This document shows, in pieces, positions 1 to 10,250 of a stretch of DNA of 49,322 nt. The notes beneath the pieces are model-generated. The model was given only the letters and a program-made list of their open reading frames with translations, was not told where the DNA came from and did no database searches. Within the stretch, counting starts at the first letter, position 1, and each line of letters starts with the position of its first letter. The position numbers and the translations under genes are program-made. The DNA is from an uncultured Bacilli bacterium (lineage in GTDB: Bacteria; Bacillota_I; Bacilli_A; RF39; UBA660), in contig CANQST010000005.1 of assembly GCA_947626595.1 (NCBI GenBank), forward strand, positions 1 through 49,322. Reading direction: 5' to 3'.

Positions 1-74
1 TGGAGCGGATGATGGGAATCGAACCCACGTAGTCAGCTTGGAAGGCTGAGGTTCTACCATTAAACTACATCCGC
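1..74 (-). tRNA. tRNA-Gly (anticodon TCC), CCA encoded
   Basis: Reverse complement GCGGATGTAGTTTAATGGTAGAACCTCAGCCTTCCAAGCTGACTACGTGGGTTCGATTCCCATCATCCGCTCCA: acceptor stem GCGGATG/CATCCGC, D-loop TGGTA, anticodon arm TCAGC-CTTCCAA-GCTGA, T-loop GTTCGATTC, 3' CCA. Confidence 0.97.
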
Positions 75-144
75 ATATAACCATCGACCTCAGCCTAATT
101 TTTCCGAGCTGACTGAAGACGACTTAATCAAGTAGACAATATTT

Positions 145-173
145 ATTATACTTGCATATTTTCTTGGTGTCAA
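145..173 (-). promoter_or_regulatory. Consensus sigma-A promoter for tRNA-Gly
   Basis: Minus strand TTGACA-17 nt-TATAAT, a perfect consensus about 70 nt upstream of the tRNA. Confidence 0.9.
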
Positions 174-243
174 CACAAAATTTACAAATTTTTTCTAAAA
201 ATACCAAAAAATACTGTATAATATTTTTAAGGAGGTGTTATTT

Positions 244-3201
244 ATGTTTATCCCTTTATATAATAAAAGTAATTATTCGCTGCTTTCATCCCTTCTAAAA
301 ATAGACGACATAATTGCTTATGCCAAACAGAATAATATCTCAGCTATTTCATTAACTGACACAACAATGTATGGAACCATGGAATTTATAAAGAAATGTC
401 AAAAAGAAAATGTTAAGCCAATAATAGGCCTAGATATTTTAATGGACTACAACTTTCTTCTTCTAGCAACCAATTACCAAGGATACAAAAACCTAATTAA
501 ATTATCAACCATTCAGAATGAAAGAGGCATAAACTTAGACGACATAAATAAATATAATAAAAATCTTATATGTTTGCTTCCTTTCAAAAATAAAGAGCAC
601 TTTCAAAACCTAGGCGAAATATATGAAGATATTTATTTAGGATTTTCCACCAAAGAAGAAGAACTAGCCGCCCACATTATAACAGAAAAAATAATCTTTC
701 TTCAAGAAAATCTTTACCTAAATGAAGAAGATGCCAAAATACTTCCATATCTTTACATGATAAGAGATGGTAAAACTATTACTGACAATCCAATTTATGA
801 TGTCAACAACCATGAATTAAATATTATTAACGTTAATTTCTTATCCTCTCAAAAAGGCCTAGATGCCACCCTAGAGGTAGCCCGCAATTGCAATCTAGAA
901 TTTCCTGAAACTAAAAATCTACTCCCAATATATGAATGTGCCGATGCCAAAACATACCTATTTGAGTTGTGCAAAAAAGGACTTTATAAAAGACTTAATG
1001 GAAACATACCAGATACTTATAAAAATAGACTTATTTATGAATTAAAAACAATTAATGACATGGGATTTTCCAATTACTTCTTAGTAGTTTATGACTTCAT
1101 AAAATATGCTAAAAAAGAAAATATTTTAGTTGGACCAGGTAGGGGAAGTGCCGCTGGTTCTTTAGTAGCGTATTCTCTAGGTATAACTGACATTGATCCA
1201 CTAAAATATGGCCTACTGTTTGAAAGATTTCTTAATCCTGAACGTCAAACAATGCCCGATATAGATACTGATTTCCCAGACAACAAAAGAGACCAAGTAA
1301 TTAACTATGTAATAGAAAAATATGGTAAAAAAAGAGTATGCGGCATTGTTACTTTTGGAACTTTAAGTGCTAAGCAAGTTATAAGAGATACATCAAGAGC
1401 TTTAAACATACCTCTTTCTAAAGTAGATAGTCTATGCAAAAATATTCCCATCATTACTAAAGAAAAACTAAAAGACTTTTATCAAAATAATTCATACTTC
1501 AAAGCCCAAATAGATAGCGATATCACATTAAGTAAAATGTTCAAAATAGCCCAAGCTTTAGAAGGCTTTCCAAGGCATACATCATCCCACGCCGCTGGTA
1601 TTGTTATGAGCCAAGTAGATTTAGACGAAGTTATCCCTCTAACCGCAGCAGATGGCATGTATTTATCTAGCTATTCTATGGAATACTTAGAAGATTTAGG
1701 ACTTTTAAAGATGGACTTTTTAGGGCTAAAAAACTTAACTATTATTGATAACATTATAAGTGATATAAATGCTATGGGTATTGATATTAATTTTTCTAAA
1801 ATACCTCTTGACGATAGAGGCGCTTTACAAATATTTACAGAAGCCGATACCACCGGTATTTTTCAATTTGAATCTTCTGGCATGAAAAATTTCTTACGAA
1901 AATTAAAACCTAATTCTTTTGACGATATAGTAGCGGCCATTGCTTTATTCCGCCCAGGAGCAGCGCCAAATATTGATCCTTACATCAGAAGAAAAAACAA
2001 TTTAGAAAAAGTAACATATATTGATAAATCACTAGAAACAATTTCCAAAAGTACATATGGACTTTTAATATATCAAGAACAAATAATGCAAGCTGCCAAT
2101 CTTTATGCCGGTTATTCCCTAGGAGAAGCTGATATTTTAAGACGAGCTATGAGCAAGAAAAAAATTGAACTCATAAAAAATGAAGAAGAAAAGTTTATTA
2201 CCAAAAGTATTGCCAAGGGTCATACCGCCAATCAAGCTAAAGAGGTATTCTCCCTTGTCTTAAACTTTGCCGGTTATGGTTTCAATAAATCCCATTCTGT
2301 AGCTTATTCTGTAATTGCCCTAAAAATGGCCTATCTAAAAAGCCACTACAAAACAGTTTTCTTCGCTAACTTACTTACTAATGTTATTGGCAGTGAGGCC
2401 AAGACTAATGAATATATTATGGAAGCTAAAGCTAACAACATTGAAATTGTAAAACCAACCATACTAGAAGATGCCACAACTAAATATATAGTAAAAGATA
2501 ACAAAATTATTTTCCCACTTTCTAATATTAAATCTATTGGCAGCGTCGTTTCTAATACCATTAAGAAAGTAAAAGAAGAAGGCAATTTTTCTGATATTTA
2601 TGATTGCTTTAGCCGCCTTTACATTGCTGGTATTGGTAAAAAAAATTTTGAAGTATTAATAAATGCCGACACCTTTAGAGACTTTTCCTACAATAGAGCA
2701 ACTCTTATTTATAATTTAGATAGCTTATTTAACTATGCTGAATTAACTAAAGATATTGACCCATCTTTAGTAATAAAACCAGATATAGAATTTCAAAAAG
2801 AATATAGTAACAGCTACTTACTTAACATGGAAAAAGAAGTTTTCGGCTTCTATTTAAGCAATCATCCAGCTAGTTTTTATAAAGCTAAAGAAAACAATTG
2901 TATTTCTCTAAATATGATTAGTAATTATTTTAACAAAAAAATTGACGTCATTATTCTGATTGATAAAATTAAAGTAATAAGCACTAAAAAAGGAGAAAAA
3001 ATGGCCTTTATAACAGGAAGTGACGAAACATCTTCAGCTGATTTCACACTCTTCCCAAGAATATACAAAGACTTTGTAAATATTCAAAGAGGGGATATTA
3101 TTAAAGTTAGAGGAGTTGTTGAAAAAAGACTAAATACTTACCAAATTATCGTCGATCAATTTAAAAAAATGGAGGAAAATCTAAATGAAAAAACTATCTA
3201 A
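244..3201 (+). CDS. dnaE: DNA polymerase III alpha subunit (DnaE type)
   Basis: GPGRGSAAGSLV, FERFLNPER, PDIDTDF, HAAGIV, GLLKMDFLGL, YQEQ, FNKSHS motifs and C-terminal OB fold; ATG at 244 follows AAGGAGGT (ORF track starts at 235). Confidence 0.97.
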   Translation: MFIPLYNKSNYSLLSSLLKIDDIIAYAKQNNISAISLTDTTMYGTMEFIKKCQKENVKPIIGLDILMDYNFLLLATNYQGYKNLIKLSTIQNERGINLDDINKYNKNLICLLPFKNKEHFQNLGEIYEDIYLGFSTKEEELAAHIITEKIIFLQENLYLNEEDAKILPYLYMIRDGKTITDNPIYDVNNHELNIINVNFLSSQKGLDATLEVARNCNLEFPETKNLLPIYECADAKTYLFELCKKGLYKRLNGNIPDTYKNRLIYELKTINDMGFSNYFLVVYDFIKYAKKENILVGPGRGSAAGSLVAYSLGITDIDPLKYGLLFERFLNPERQTMPDIDTDFPDNKRDQVINYVIEKYGKKRVCGIVTFGTLSAKQVIRDTSRALNIPLSKVDSLCKNIPIITKEKLKDFYQNNSYFKAQIDSDITLSKMFKIAQALEGFPRHTSSHAAGIVMSQVDLDEVIPLTAADGMYLSSYSMEYLEDLGLLKMDFLGLKNLTIIDNIISDINAMGIDINFSKIPLDDRGALQIFTEADTTGIFQFESSGMKNFLRKLKPNSFDDIVAAIALFRPGAAPNIDPYIRRKNNLEKVTYIDKSLETISKSTYGLLIYQEQIMQAANLYAGYSLGEADILRRAMSKKKIELIKNEEEKFITKSIAKGHTANQAKEVFSLVLNFAGYGFNKSHSVAYSVIALKMAYLKSHYKTVFFANLLTNVIGSEAKTNEYIMEAKANNIEIVKPTILEDATTKYIVKDNKIIFPLSNIKSIGSVVSNTIKKVKEEGNFSDIYDCFSRLYIAGIGKKNFEVLINADTFRDFSYNRATLIYNLDSLFNYAELTKDIDPSLVIKPDIEFQKEYSNSYLLNMEKEVFGFYLSNHPASFYKAKENNCISLNMISNYFNKKIDVIILIDKIKVISTKKGEKMAFITGSDETSSADFTLFPRIYKDFVNIQRGDIIKVRGVVEKRLNTYQIIVDQFKKMEENLNEKTI

Positions 3202-3676
3202 CAAAGAAAAAATTTATTCCCTAACAGCTATTTTCTTAATGATTGATCAATTTATTAAAATACTAGTTCGCTCCCAAATACCTCTTCATAAAGAAGTAGT
3301 AGTCATACCTAAATTCTTCTCTTTATACAATACCACCAACACTGGATGTGCCTTTTCTTTACTAAGCAATCACCAAATATTCTTGATTATTTTTACACTT
3401 TTTGTATTAATTATATTAGATAGATACATATCTAAAGAAAAAAACTTTACTTCCTTAGCAATCCTTTCTTTAGGTATGATTGTAGGTGGAATACTAGGTA
3501 ATTTAATAGATAGAATTATTTTTAAAGGAGTAACTGACTATTTACTATTTGTTTTTGGAACCTACGCCTTTCCTGTCTTTAATATAGCCGATATTTTAAT
3601 AACAGTAGGAGTATTTCTTTACATTTTAGATGTCATTATAACTGATGTAATAAAAAGGAGAGAAAAAAATGTTTAA
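3185..3676 (+). CDS. lspA: Lipoprotein signal peptidase II
   Basis: DQFIK, NTGCAFS, GGILGNLIDR, VTDY, FPVFNIAD motifs; 4 TM segments; upstream of rluD. Confidence 0.95.
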   Translation: MKKLSNKEKIYSLTAIFLMIDQFIKILVRSQIPLHKEVVVIPKFFSLYNTTNTGCAFSLLSNHQIFLIIFTLFVLIILDRYISKEKNFTSLAILSLGMIVGGILGNLIDRIIFKGVTDYLLFVFGTYAFPVFNIADILITVGVFLYILDVIITDVIKRREKNV

Positions 3677-4553
3677 AGTAGAAAAAGAAGAATGTAGAAT
3701 TGATTTGTACTTAGCTAATAAATTAGATATTTCTAGAAGTAAAGTACAAAAACTTATCAAAGAAAAGAAAGTTAAAGTAAATGGTAAAGAGGCCTCAGCA
3801 AGCTTTATAGTAAAAGATAATGATTTAATAGAAGTTAATGACGACTTAGACTATGAAATAGATATAACTCCAGAAAATATCCCTTTAGATATTATTTATG
3901 AAGATAAAGACTTACTAGTCATAAATAAGAAAAGTGGTATGGTTGTTCACCCAGCACCTGGACATTATAGTGGCACTTTAGTTAATGCCTTACTTTATCA
4001 CTTTAATATTGACAGTAAAGATAAAATTAGACCAGGTATTGTTCACCGTCTTGACAAAGATACAAGTGGCTTAATGCTGGCCTGTAAAAATGATTTGATT
4101 TTAGAAAAAATGTCAAAAATGATTAGCAATAAAGAAGTAGAAAGACATTATCTAGCCATAGTAGATGGTGTTATCAAATACGATAGTGGCACCATAGACG
4201 CTCCTATTGGTAGAGATAGTAATGATAGGGAAAAAATGGCTGTTACATCCATTAATAGTAAAGAAGCTATTACTCACTTTAAAGTACTTGAAAGATTTAA
4301 AAATAACACCTTACTAGAATGTATCCTAGAAACAGGCAGAACACATCAGATAAGAGTTCACTTAGCATATATAGGTTATCCTGTTAATAATGACCCTATT
4401 TATAATAAGAAAAAAGCCACTGATTTTGGTCAAATGCTTCACTCCAAGAGCATCAAATTTAAACACCCACTTACCAATGAAGAATTATATTTTGAAGTAG
4501 AAGCCCCTAAAGAGTTTCAAGAAAAGCTTCAAGAATTAAGAAAAGAAAGTTAA
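3669..4553 (+). CDS. rluD: RluA/RluD-family 23S rRNA pseudouridine synthase
   Basis: N-terminal S4 domain, GMVVHP, GIVHRLDKDTSG, LETGRTHQIRVH. Confidence 0.93.
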   Translation: MFKVEKEECRIDLYLANKLDISRSKVQKLIKEKKVKVNGKEASASFIVKDNDLIEVNDDLDYEIDITPENIPLDIIYEDKDLLVINKKSGMVVHPAPGHYSGTLVNALLYHFNIDSKDKIRPGIVHRLDKDTSGLMLACKNDLILEKMSKMISNKEVERHYLAIVDGVIKYDSGTIDAPIGRDSNDREKMAVTSINSKEAITHFKVLERFKNNTLLECILETGRTHQIRVHLAYIGYPVNNDPIYNKKKATDFGQMLHSKSIKFKHPLTNEELYFEVEAPKEFQEKLQELRKES

Positions 4554-4554
4554 T

Positions 4555-4583
4555 TTGAAATTATACAAATATTTTGATATGAT
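4555..4583 (+). promoter_or_regulatory. Sigma-A-like promoter of the adenylating-enzyme gene
   Basis: TTGAAA-17 nt-TATGAT with TG extension, then RBS GGGGAGG. Confidence 0.55.
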
Positions 4584-4605
4584 AATCATATGGGGAGGAA
4601 ATTAA

Positions 4606-6585
4606 ATGATAAACGTTGAAAAAATTAAAGATTTAAAAGCAGTAAAATTGCTTACTAAAAAAGGAGAAATTTATAAGAAAAATTTTGAAGAAAGAAAAAA
4701 AGAAAAGAAAGATAAATGGATTGAAGGTATATTAAAGGATTTACAAGAAAATCATAATCATTCATGGTATGACGAACTTTTCCTTAGAAATAAAGATAAT
4801 CTAGACGATAAAGCCTTATTCTATCGTGGAAATGAAATAACCTATGGCCAAATGTTTAAAAAAATGCAAGACTATGCCAAATCCCTTAAAAGTTTGGGCA
4901 TCAAAGAAAATAGTGAAATACCTATATGTATTTCTAATACTCCAGAATTTGTCTATTTACTGGGTGCCATCAGCATGCTAGGAGCTAAAGCTAATGTCTT
5001 TGCCTCTGATTATGACGCTGCTTATTTAGTTGATATAATAAACTCTTGTAACAGTGATATTATTTTTGTTGAAGATAGATACTATAACGATTTAAAAAAT
5101 ATTTTACCAAAAACTAAAGTAAATAAAATAATTATGCCATCTCTTACCACATCTTTGCCAAAAGAGGGAAATAAGTTTGCCGAGATTGATAAAAAACACG
5201 GCTTATTTGTAAACAAAGTTCCAGAATTTAAAAAAGAAAATGAAAAAATAGAAAGTATTGATGAGTTCCTTAGATTAGGCAAAAATTATGACGGTACCCT
5301 TGATTATAAATCCAATTTAGATACCGAGTTTATAATATCTTACTCAAGTGGTACGACAAGTAATAGGCCTAAGCCAATAGTTCATACGACAAGAAGTTTA
5401 GTTACTATTGGTAGATGTCATGACCCAGAAGTTCAGAAAACAACTTCCATGAAAGATTTTACCATTCAAGCTCACATTCCAACTTTTTCTAATACTGACA
5501 TTATCTGCAGTATATCAGACTCTTTAATGCAAGGTTCAAAACTTGCCTTAGAACCAATATATGATAAAGACTTTTTCCTTGACACTTTACTTATAAATAA
5601 GCCAACTTATATCGTCGCAACAAGAAGTCACTGGCTTAATGCATTTAAAAAAATATATGCCGATCCTAAATATCAAAATGTTAAAATGCCATTTCTTTTT
5701 ATTCCCTTCGCCGTAGGTGAGCCTCTAGAAGTAAATGAAGAAAAATTCTTAAATCAAATTTTAAGTAAGGTTAAAGCCGGCAAAGATAAAATTCCTCTAC
5801 CAGCATCTATTGTTAAAATGTCTATTGCTGGTGGAGACTGTGAACACGGTGGTATCTTTTGGCTACTTTTTAGAGCATGGCAAAGTAAAAAGCCCAATTC
5901 ATTACTAAAGCAAGAGCCAGCAGGTCTAAAAGCTTTTGAAATGGTTGAGTATGACGTCCTTGACGAAAAAGGTAATTCATGCGCCCCATACCAATATGGT
6001 AGACTAGTTGCGAACTCACCATGTACCATGAAATGTTATAAAGATAATCCTTTGGCTACTGATAAATTCTTTATAAAAGATGCGACCGGTAAAGAGTGGG
6101 GGGACTGCTCCGTATATAGCTACCTTGATAAAGATAGAGGTATTCACATAAAGGGAAGAATTCCTAAAGAAAATGAAGAAGTACCATCTTTCATTGTAGC
6201 AGATGCTATTCTTAAAGATACTAAAAACATCTTATCATGCGAAGTAGTTAAATCACCAGATGGCTCATACTTCATTGCCCATGTTGAAAAGCAACCAACT
6301 TCTCAAAAGAGCATGTATGAAATTATCTATTCCGCTGAAAAAAGATGCCAGCAATTACTAGGCAAAGACATAACTTCAAAAATATTATATAGAATACATA
6401 ACAACAAAGAAGGTTTCCCTCTAACTCACAGTGGAAAAAGGGACACTACAGCTTTAGAAAGAGAAGGCATTTCTATAAATACATTTAAACTTACTCCTAA
6501 TGGTAACGAAACATTATACTTATCAGGAAAAGACTACATCGATAGTTTAAAAGAAGAAAAACCAAAAGTAAAACAAAAAGTTTAG
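4606..6585 (+). CDS. ANL-superfamily AMP-binding enzyme (acyl-CoA synthetase/adenylation-like)
   Basis: P-loop YSSGTTSNRPKPI, VGEPL, MKCYKDNP, IKGR hinge, A10 motif FPLTHSGKRD. Confidence 0.85.
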   Translation: MINVEKIKDLKAVKLLTKKGEIYKKNFEERKKEKKDKWIEGILKDLQENHNHSWYDELFLRNKDNLDDKALFYRGNEITYGQMFKKMQDYAKSLKSLGIKENSEIPICISNTPEFVYLLGAISMLGAKANVFASDYDAAYLVDIINSCNSDIIFVEDRYYNDLKNILPKTKVNKIIMPSLTTSLPKEGNKFAEIDKKHGLFVNKVPEFKKENEKIESIDEFLRLGKNYDGTLDYKSNLDTEFIISYSSGTTSNRPKPIVHTTRSLVTIGRCHDPEVQKTTSMKDFTIQAHIPTFSNTDIICSISDSLMQGSKLALEPIYDKDFFLDTLLINKPTYIVATRSHWLNAFKKIYADPKYQNVKMPFLFIPFAVGEPLEVNEEKFLNQILSKVKAGKDKIPLPASIVKMSIAGGDCEHGGIFWLLFRAWQSKKPNSLLKQEPAGLKAFEMVEYDVLDEKGNSCAPYQYGRLVANSPCTMKCYKDNPLATDKFFIKDATGKEWGDCSVYSYLDKDRGIHIKGRIPKENEEVPSFIVADAILKDTKNILSCEVVKSPDGSYFIAHVEKQPTSQKSMYEIIYSAEKRCQQLLGKDITSKILYRIHNNKEGFPLTHSGKRDTTALEREGISINTFKLTPNGNETLYLSGKDYIDSLKEEKPKVKQKV

Positions 6586-6604
6586 AGAAATCTAAATTTT
6601 TTTT
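6577..6604 (+). terminator. Intrinsic terminator
   Basis: TTTAGA-GAAA-TCTAAA hairpin followed by a T tract at the stop codon. Confidence 0.5.
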
Positions 6605-6653
6605 CTATACTAATAAGAAACATGATATAATTACAATAAGGTTGGTGACTTTT

Positions 6654-8540
6654 ATGAACAATATTAGCATTATTTTAATAGTAATAAGTCTTATGTACTC
6701 TATATTCTTAAACTTTTTCTTCTTTTCAAAGAAACATATAAGTACTTATGAAAACAAAATTTTTAGTATCTTAGTAACCAGTAATTTCTTTGGTTTACTA
6801 TTAGAAATCTTTTGTTACATTACCGTAAAATATTACGCTACATCTTTCATAACCGTTGTTATCAACAAACTATTTTTAATCTATTTAATAGCGTTTGCCT
6901 TTATTTTTGGCCTATATCTTTTATTTGTTTGCTTTATGAACTTAAAAAATCTAGACGACAACATTATCTTAAAAAGACTACGAAGCTTTATTTTTGGCCT
7001 ATTTATAATTTGTTGTCTTTTAATTATCATTTTACCTATCAAAACAGAAAATGCCGGTAATTATAGCTACTCCTATGGACCAGCTACTAATGTTGTATAT
7101 GCAGCTTCCTTAATATGTGGCATTATCTGCTTAATATCTTTAATAATAAAATTCAAAAATGTCGCTAGAAAACGATATGCTTTAATATTTTCCTTCTTTA
7201 TAGGTCTATCAGTCGTAGCTATTATTCAAAAAATTTATCCCTACATGACATTAGCAACTTCTATGGAAACTTTCATAATATTTTTAATGTTTAATACTAT
7301 AGAAAATCCTGATGTCAAAATGATAGAGCAGCTTCAATTAGCTCGTGACCAAGCTGAAAAAGCTAATCAAGCTAAAAGTGATTTCCTATCTAGTATGTCA
7401 CATGAAATAAGAACACCGCTTAATGCCATTGTAGGTCTATCTAGAGGATTAAACGAATACGATGGCCTACCTAGTGAAATGAAAGAAGACACTAACGACA
7501 TATTAAATGCTTCAGAAACATTACTAGAAATAGTAGGCAATATTCTAGATATTAATAAAATAGAAAGTGAAAAGCTAGAAATAAATGAAAACCCTTATGA
7601 TTTTAAAGAAGAAATTGAAAATATGGTTAAAGTTACAATTACCCGTATTGGCGAAAAACCAATTAATTTTAAACTAAATATTTCTGAAGATATCCCTTAT
7701 TTACTTCTAGGTGATAAAGTTCACATCAAAGAAATTGTCAACAATTTGCTTACTAACGCTATTAAATATACTGAAAAAGGAGAAATAGACTTAACCGTCA
7801 AATGCATTAATAAAGAAAATAAATGCCTTCTAATTATTAGTGTTCAAGATACTGGTAGAGGTATTAAAGCTGAAAATATTAATAAGTTATTCACAAAATT
7901 TGAACGTCTTGGAATAGAAAAAAATACCACAACGGAAGGAACCGGCTTAGGTCTTGCTATCACAAAGAAGTTAGTAGAAATGATGGGTGGTAAGATAAAT
8001 GTTCAAAGTACTTATGGAAAAGGCTCTCTATTTATCGCCTCTATTCCTCAAAAAATAAAACTTATGAGTAGACCGCTTAAAGAAGAAGTAAAAGAAGAAA
8101 TAGTAGTTAATTACAGTAATAAAAAAGTCCTTATAGTAGACGATAATTTATTAAATATAAAAGTCGCTAAAAGAGTTCTAAAAGAATTCAACTTACAAAT
8201 AGACGAGGCTGTTAGTGGCAAAGAGTGTCTTGATAAAGTTCATGATAATAATTATGATTTAATTCTAATGGACATAATGATGCCTGAAATGAGTGGAGAA
8301 ACTACCTTACAAAAACTAAAAGAAAATCCTAATTTCAATGTACCAGTTTTAGCTTTAACAGCTGATGCTATTCAAGGAGCAAAAGAAAAATACCTTCAAA
8401 AAGGCTTTGTCAACTATATCCCTAAGCCTTTTACTAAAGAACAATTTGATAAAGTATTAAAAGAAGTATTTGCTGATAAAAAAAGATATATAGATAACGA
8501 AAATCGTTTTAAAGATGTAGATCCTATCATAATTGAGTAA
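6654..8540 (+). CDS. Membrane-bound hybrid sensor histidine kinase (HisKA + HATPase + receiver)
   Basis: About 7 N-terminal TM segments; H-box FLSSMSHEIRTPLNAI; NLLTNAIKYT, DTGRGI, GTGLGL; receiver VDDN, LMDIMMP, LTA, KP. Confidence 0.93.
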   Translation: MNNISIILIVISLMYSIFLNFFFFSKKHISTYENKIFSILVTSNFFGLLLEIFCYITVKYYATSFITVVINKLFLIYLIAFAFIFGLYLLFVCFMNLKNLDDNIILKRLRSFIFGLFIICCLLIIILPIKTENAGNYSYSYGPATNVVYAASLICGIICLISLIIKFKNVARKRYALIFSFFIGLSVVAIIQKIYPYMTLATSMETFIIFLMFNTIENPDVKMIEQLQLARDQAEKANQAKSDFLSSMSHEIRTPLNAIVGLSRGLNEYDGLPSEMKEDTNDILNASETLLEIVGNILDINKIESEKLEINENPYDFKEEIENMVKVTITRIGEKPINFKLNISEDIPYLLLGDKVHIKEIVNNLLTNAIKYTEKGEIDLTVKCINKENKCLLIISVQDTGRGIKAENINKLFTKFERLGIEKNTTTEGTGLGLAITKKLVEMMGGKINVQSTYGKGSLFIASIPQKIKLMSRPLKEEVKEEIVVNYSNKKVLIVDDNLLNIKVAKRVLKEFNLQIDEAVSGKECLDKVHDNNYDLILMDIMMPEMSGETTLQKLKENPNFNVPVLALTADAIQGAKEKYLQKGFVNYIPKPFTKEQFDKVLKEVFADKKRYIDNENRFKDVDPIIIE

Positions 8541-8623
8541 AATTTAAACAATTTATTCTTTTCCTTCTAGTTATTTGACTAATAAATTTAATATCATTAT
8601 AATATATTTTAAGGAGATGTCAT

Positions 8624-9139
8624 ATGAAAAATAAAAATAGAATTTTACCCATAATCTTAACTCTATTATTACTAGTAGTAATAGTATACTTATTTGTAAA
8701 TATTAAACAACCATATGTCGAATGTGAAAAAACTACTACAAATGATTTAAATATTTCCATTAAAGAAAATTTAACCACCACCTTTTCTCACAACAAGATT
8801 GCTAAAATGAAATTGACTAAAACCATTATTTTACCAGTAGAATATCAAAAAGAAGAAACAATTAATTATATTAAAAAGGCTTTACAAAAAGCCTACAAGT
8901 ATATAGAAAATTCTACTAAAATAGTTACATCTGATAATAATATAATAGTTGAAATAGAAATTGAAGATGATGAAACTATCATTTTAAATAATATTGAATT
9001 TATAAAAAATCCTAACTTAGAAATAAAAATAAATCCTAATACTAAAAGCAGTGATGTCTTAACCTTAAAAATAAAAGATAAGTACACTGAAGGAGAATTC
9101 ATGACCCATCTTAAAAATAACGGCTATGTTTGCAAATAA
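8624..9139 (+). CDS. Hypothetical membrane-anchored/secreted protein
   Basis: RBS AAGGAG, N-terminal TM helix, two Cys bracketing the ectodomain (VEC...YVCK). Confidence 0.75.
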   Translation: MKNKNRILPIILTLLLLVVIVYLFVNIKQPYVECEKTTTNDLNISIKENLTTTFSHNKIAKMKLTKTIILPVEYQKEETINYIKKALQKAYKYIENSTKIVTSDNNIIVEIEIEDDETIILNNIEFIKNPNLEIKINPNTKSSDVLTLKIKDKYTEGEFMTHLKNNGYVCK

Positions 9140-9153
9140 TCATTGGAGATATT

Positions 9154-9411
9154 ATGGAAGAAGACTTAATTAAAGAAGTAGAAGAGGAACTTTTATCTAA
9201 TTTACTAGTTGATACTGGTAAAATAATGCTTACATCTTATGAAATAGAAGTTCTAAATAAATATCATATTAATTATAAAAGTGTTTTAAGTTTGAAAGAA
9301 CTTACCTTTTTAATTGAAGAAGTTTTGCTAGAAGAAGATTATCCGGCTGATTTAGAAAATATTTCTAAAAATATAGCTGAAAGAGATTACTATCAAAATA
9401 CGAATAAATAG
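9154..9411 (+). CDS. Hypothetical acidic protein
   Basis: GGAG RBS before ATG 9154; lies within the operon. Confidence 0.7.
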   Translation: MEEDLIKEVEEELLSNLLVDTGKIMLTSYEIEVLNKYHINYKSVLSLKELTFLIEEVLLEEDYPADLENISKNIAERDYYQNTNK

Positions 9412-9419
9412 GGAGTGAT

Positions 9420-10040
9420 ATGATGCTTTTTAATGACAAAGATTTAAAAGATGTAATGTTAAAATATTCATTTGCTAAAAAGGTTTTAGAAACAGAATTA
9501 TCTATTTTGATTGAAGAATATGAATTCAATAATGGCTATAACCCTGTTGAACATGTTAAATATCGTATCAAGACAATGGAAAGTGCCACTAAAAAGCTTT
9601 CTAAAAAGAACTTAGAATTAACAGTTAATAACCTAGTTAGATATGTCAATGACATGGTAGGTGTTAGAATAGTTTGTTCATTCATATCTGATGTTTACAA
9701 AATAGTTAACATTATCAAAACTTCTAAACAATTTATTGTTAAAAATGAAAATGATTATATAAAAAATCCTAAAAATTCAGGATATACTAGTTATCACATC
9801 AATATCTTAGTACCTATTCATTTATTTGATAAAACAGAATATATTGAAGCAGAAATTCAAATTAGAACAGTTGCTATGGACTGTTGGGCTAGTATAGACC
9901 ATAAACTTCGTTATAAATTGCCAAGTAATATCCCTGAAGAGTTAGAACAAGAAATGTTACTTAGAGCTGAAGAAATGAGTGACATGGATAAAAAGATGGA
10001 TTTACTTAATGATATGTTAAGAAAATTTATTAATAGGTAA
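9420..10040 (+). CDS. Small alarmone synthetase ((p)ppGpp synthetase, RelP/RelQ family)
   Basis: NPVEHVKYRIK, DMVGVRIVC, DYIKNPKNSGYTSYH, EIQIRT, WASIDHKLRYK. Confidence 0.93.
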   Translation: MMLFNDKDLKDVMLKYSFAKKVLETELSILIEEYEFNNGYNPVEHVKYRIKTMESATKKLSKKNLELTVNNLVRYVNDMVGVRIVCSFISDVYKIVNIIKTSKQFIVKNENDYIKNPKNSGYTSYHINILVPIHLFDKTEYIEAEIQIRTVAMDCWASIDHKLRYKLPSNIPEELEQEMLLRAEEMSDMDKKMDLLNDMLRKFINR

Positions 10041-10049
10041 GGTGATAAA

Positions 10050-10250
10050 ATGGACTACATGTTAGATAAAATAAAACTATTAGAAAATAAAGATAATATT
10101 ATAAATACTGCTGAGGAGATAGTAAAAAGTATCAAAAATAATAATAACTTAAATGATAGTGAAAGAATAATGACTATGGAATTAGCTATGGCCGAGCTTA
10201 ACTACGATTTATATAACTTTAAAAAATATAAAAAGGATGGTAACAAATGA
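10050..10250 (+). CDS. Small hypothetical protein
   Basis: RBS AAGGTGA; stop overlaps the next start (ATGA). Confidence 0.6.
   Translation: MDYMLDKIKLLENKDNIINTAEEIVKSIKNNNNLNDSERIMTMELAMAELNYDLYNFKKYKKDGNK

Noticed and set aside
1-74. tRNA-Gly as an integration site for an island in this window
   Set aside because: Its 3' end points out of the window, and no duplicated tRNA 3' end or integrase was seen inside
244-900. DnaE PHP domain lacks the usual metal-binding His residues
   Set aside because: Degenerate PHP domains are common in Firmicute DnaE enzymes that work alongside PolC; not novel
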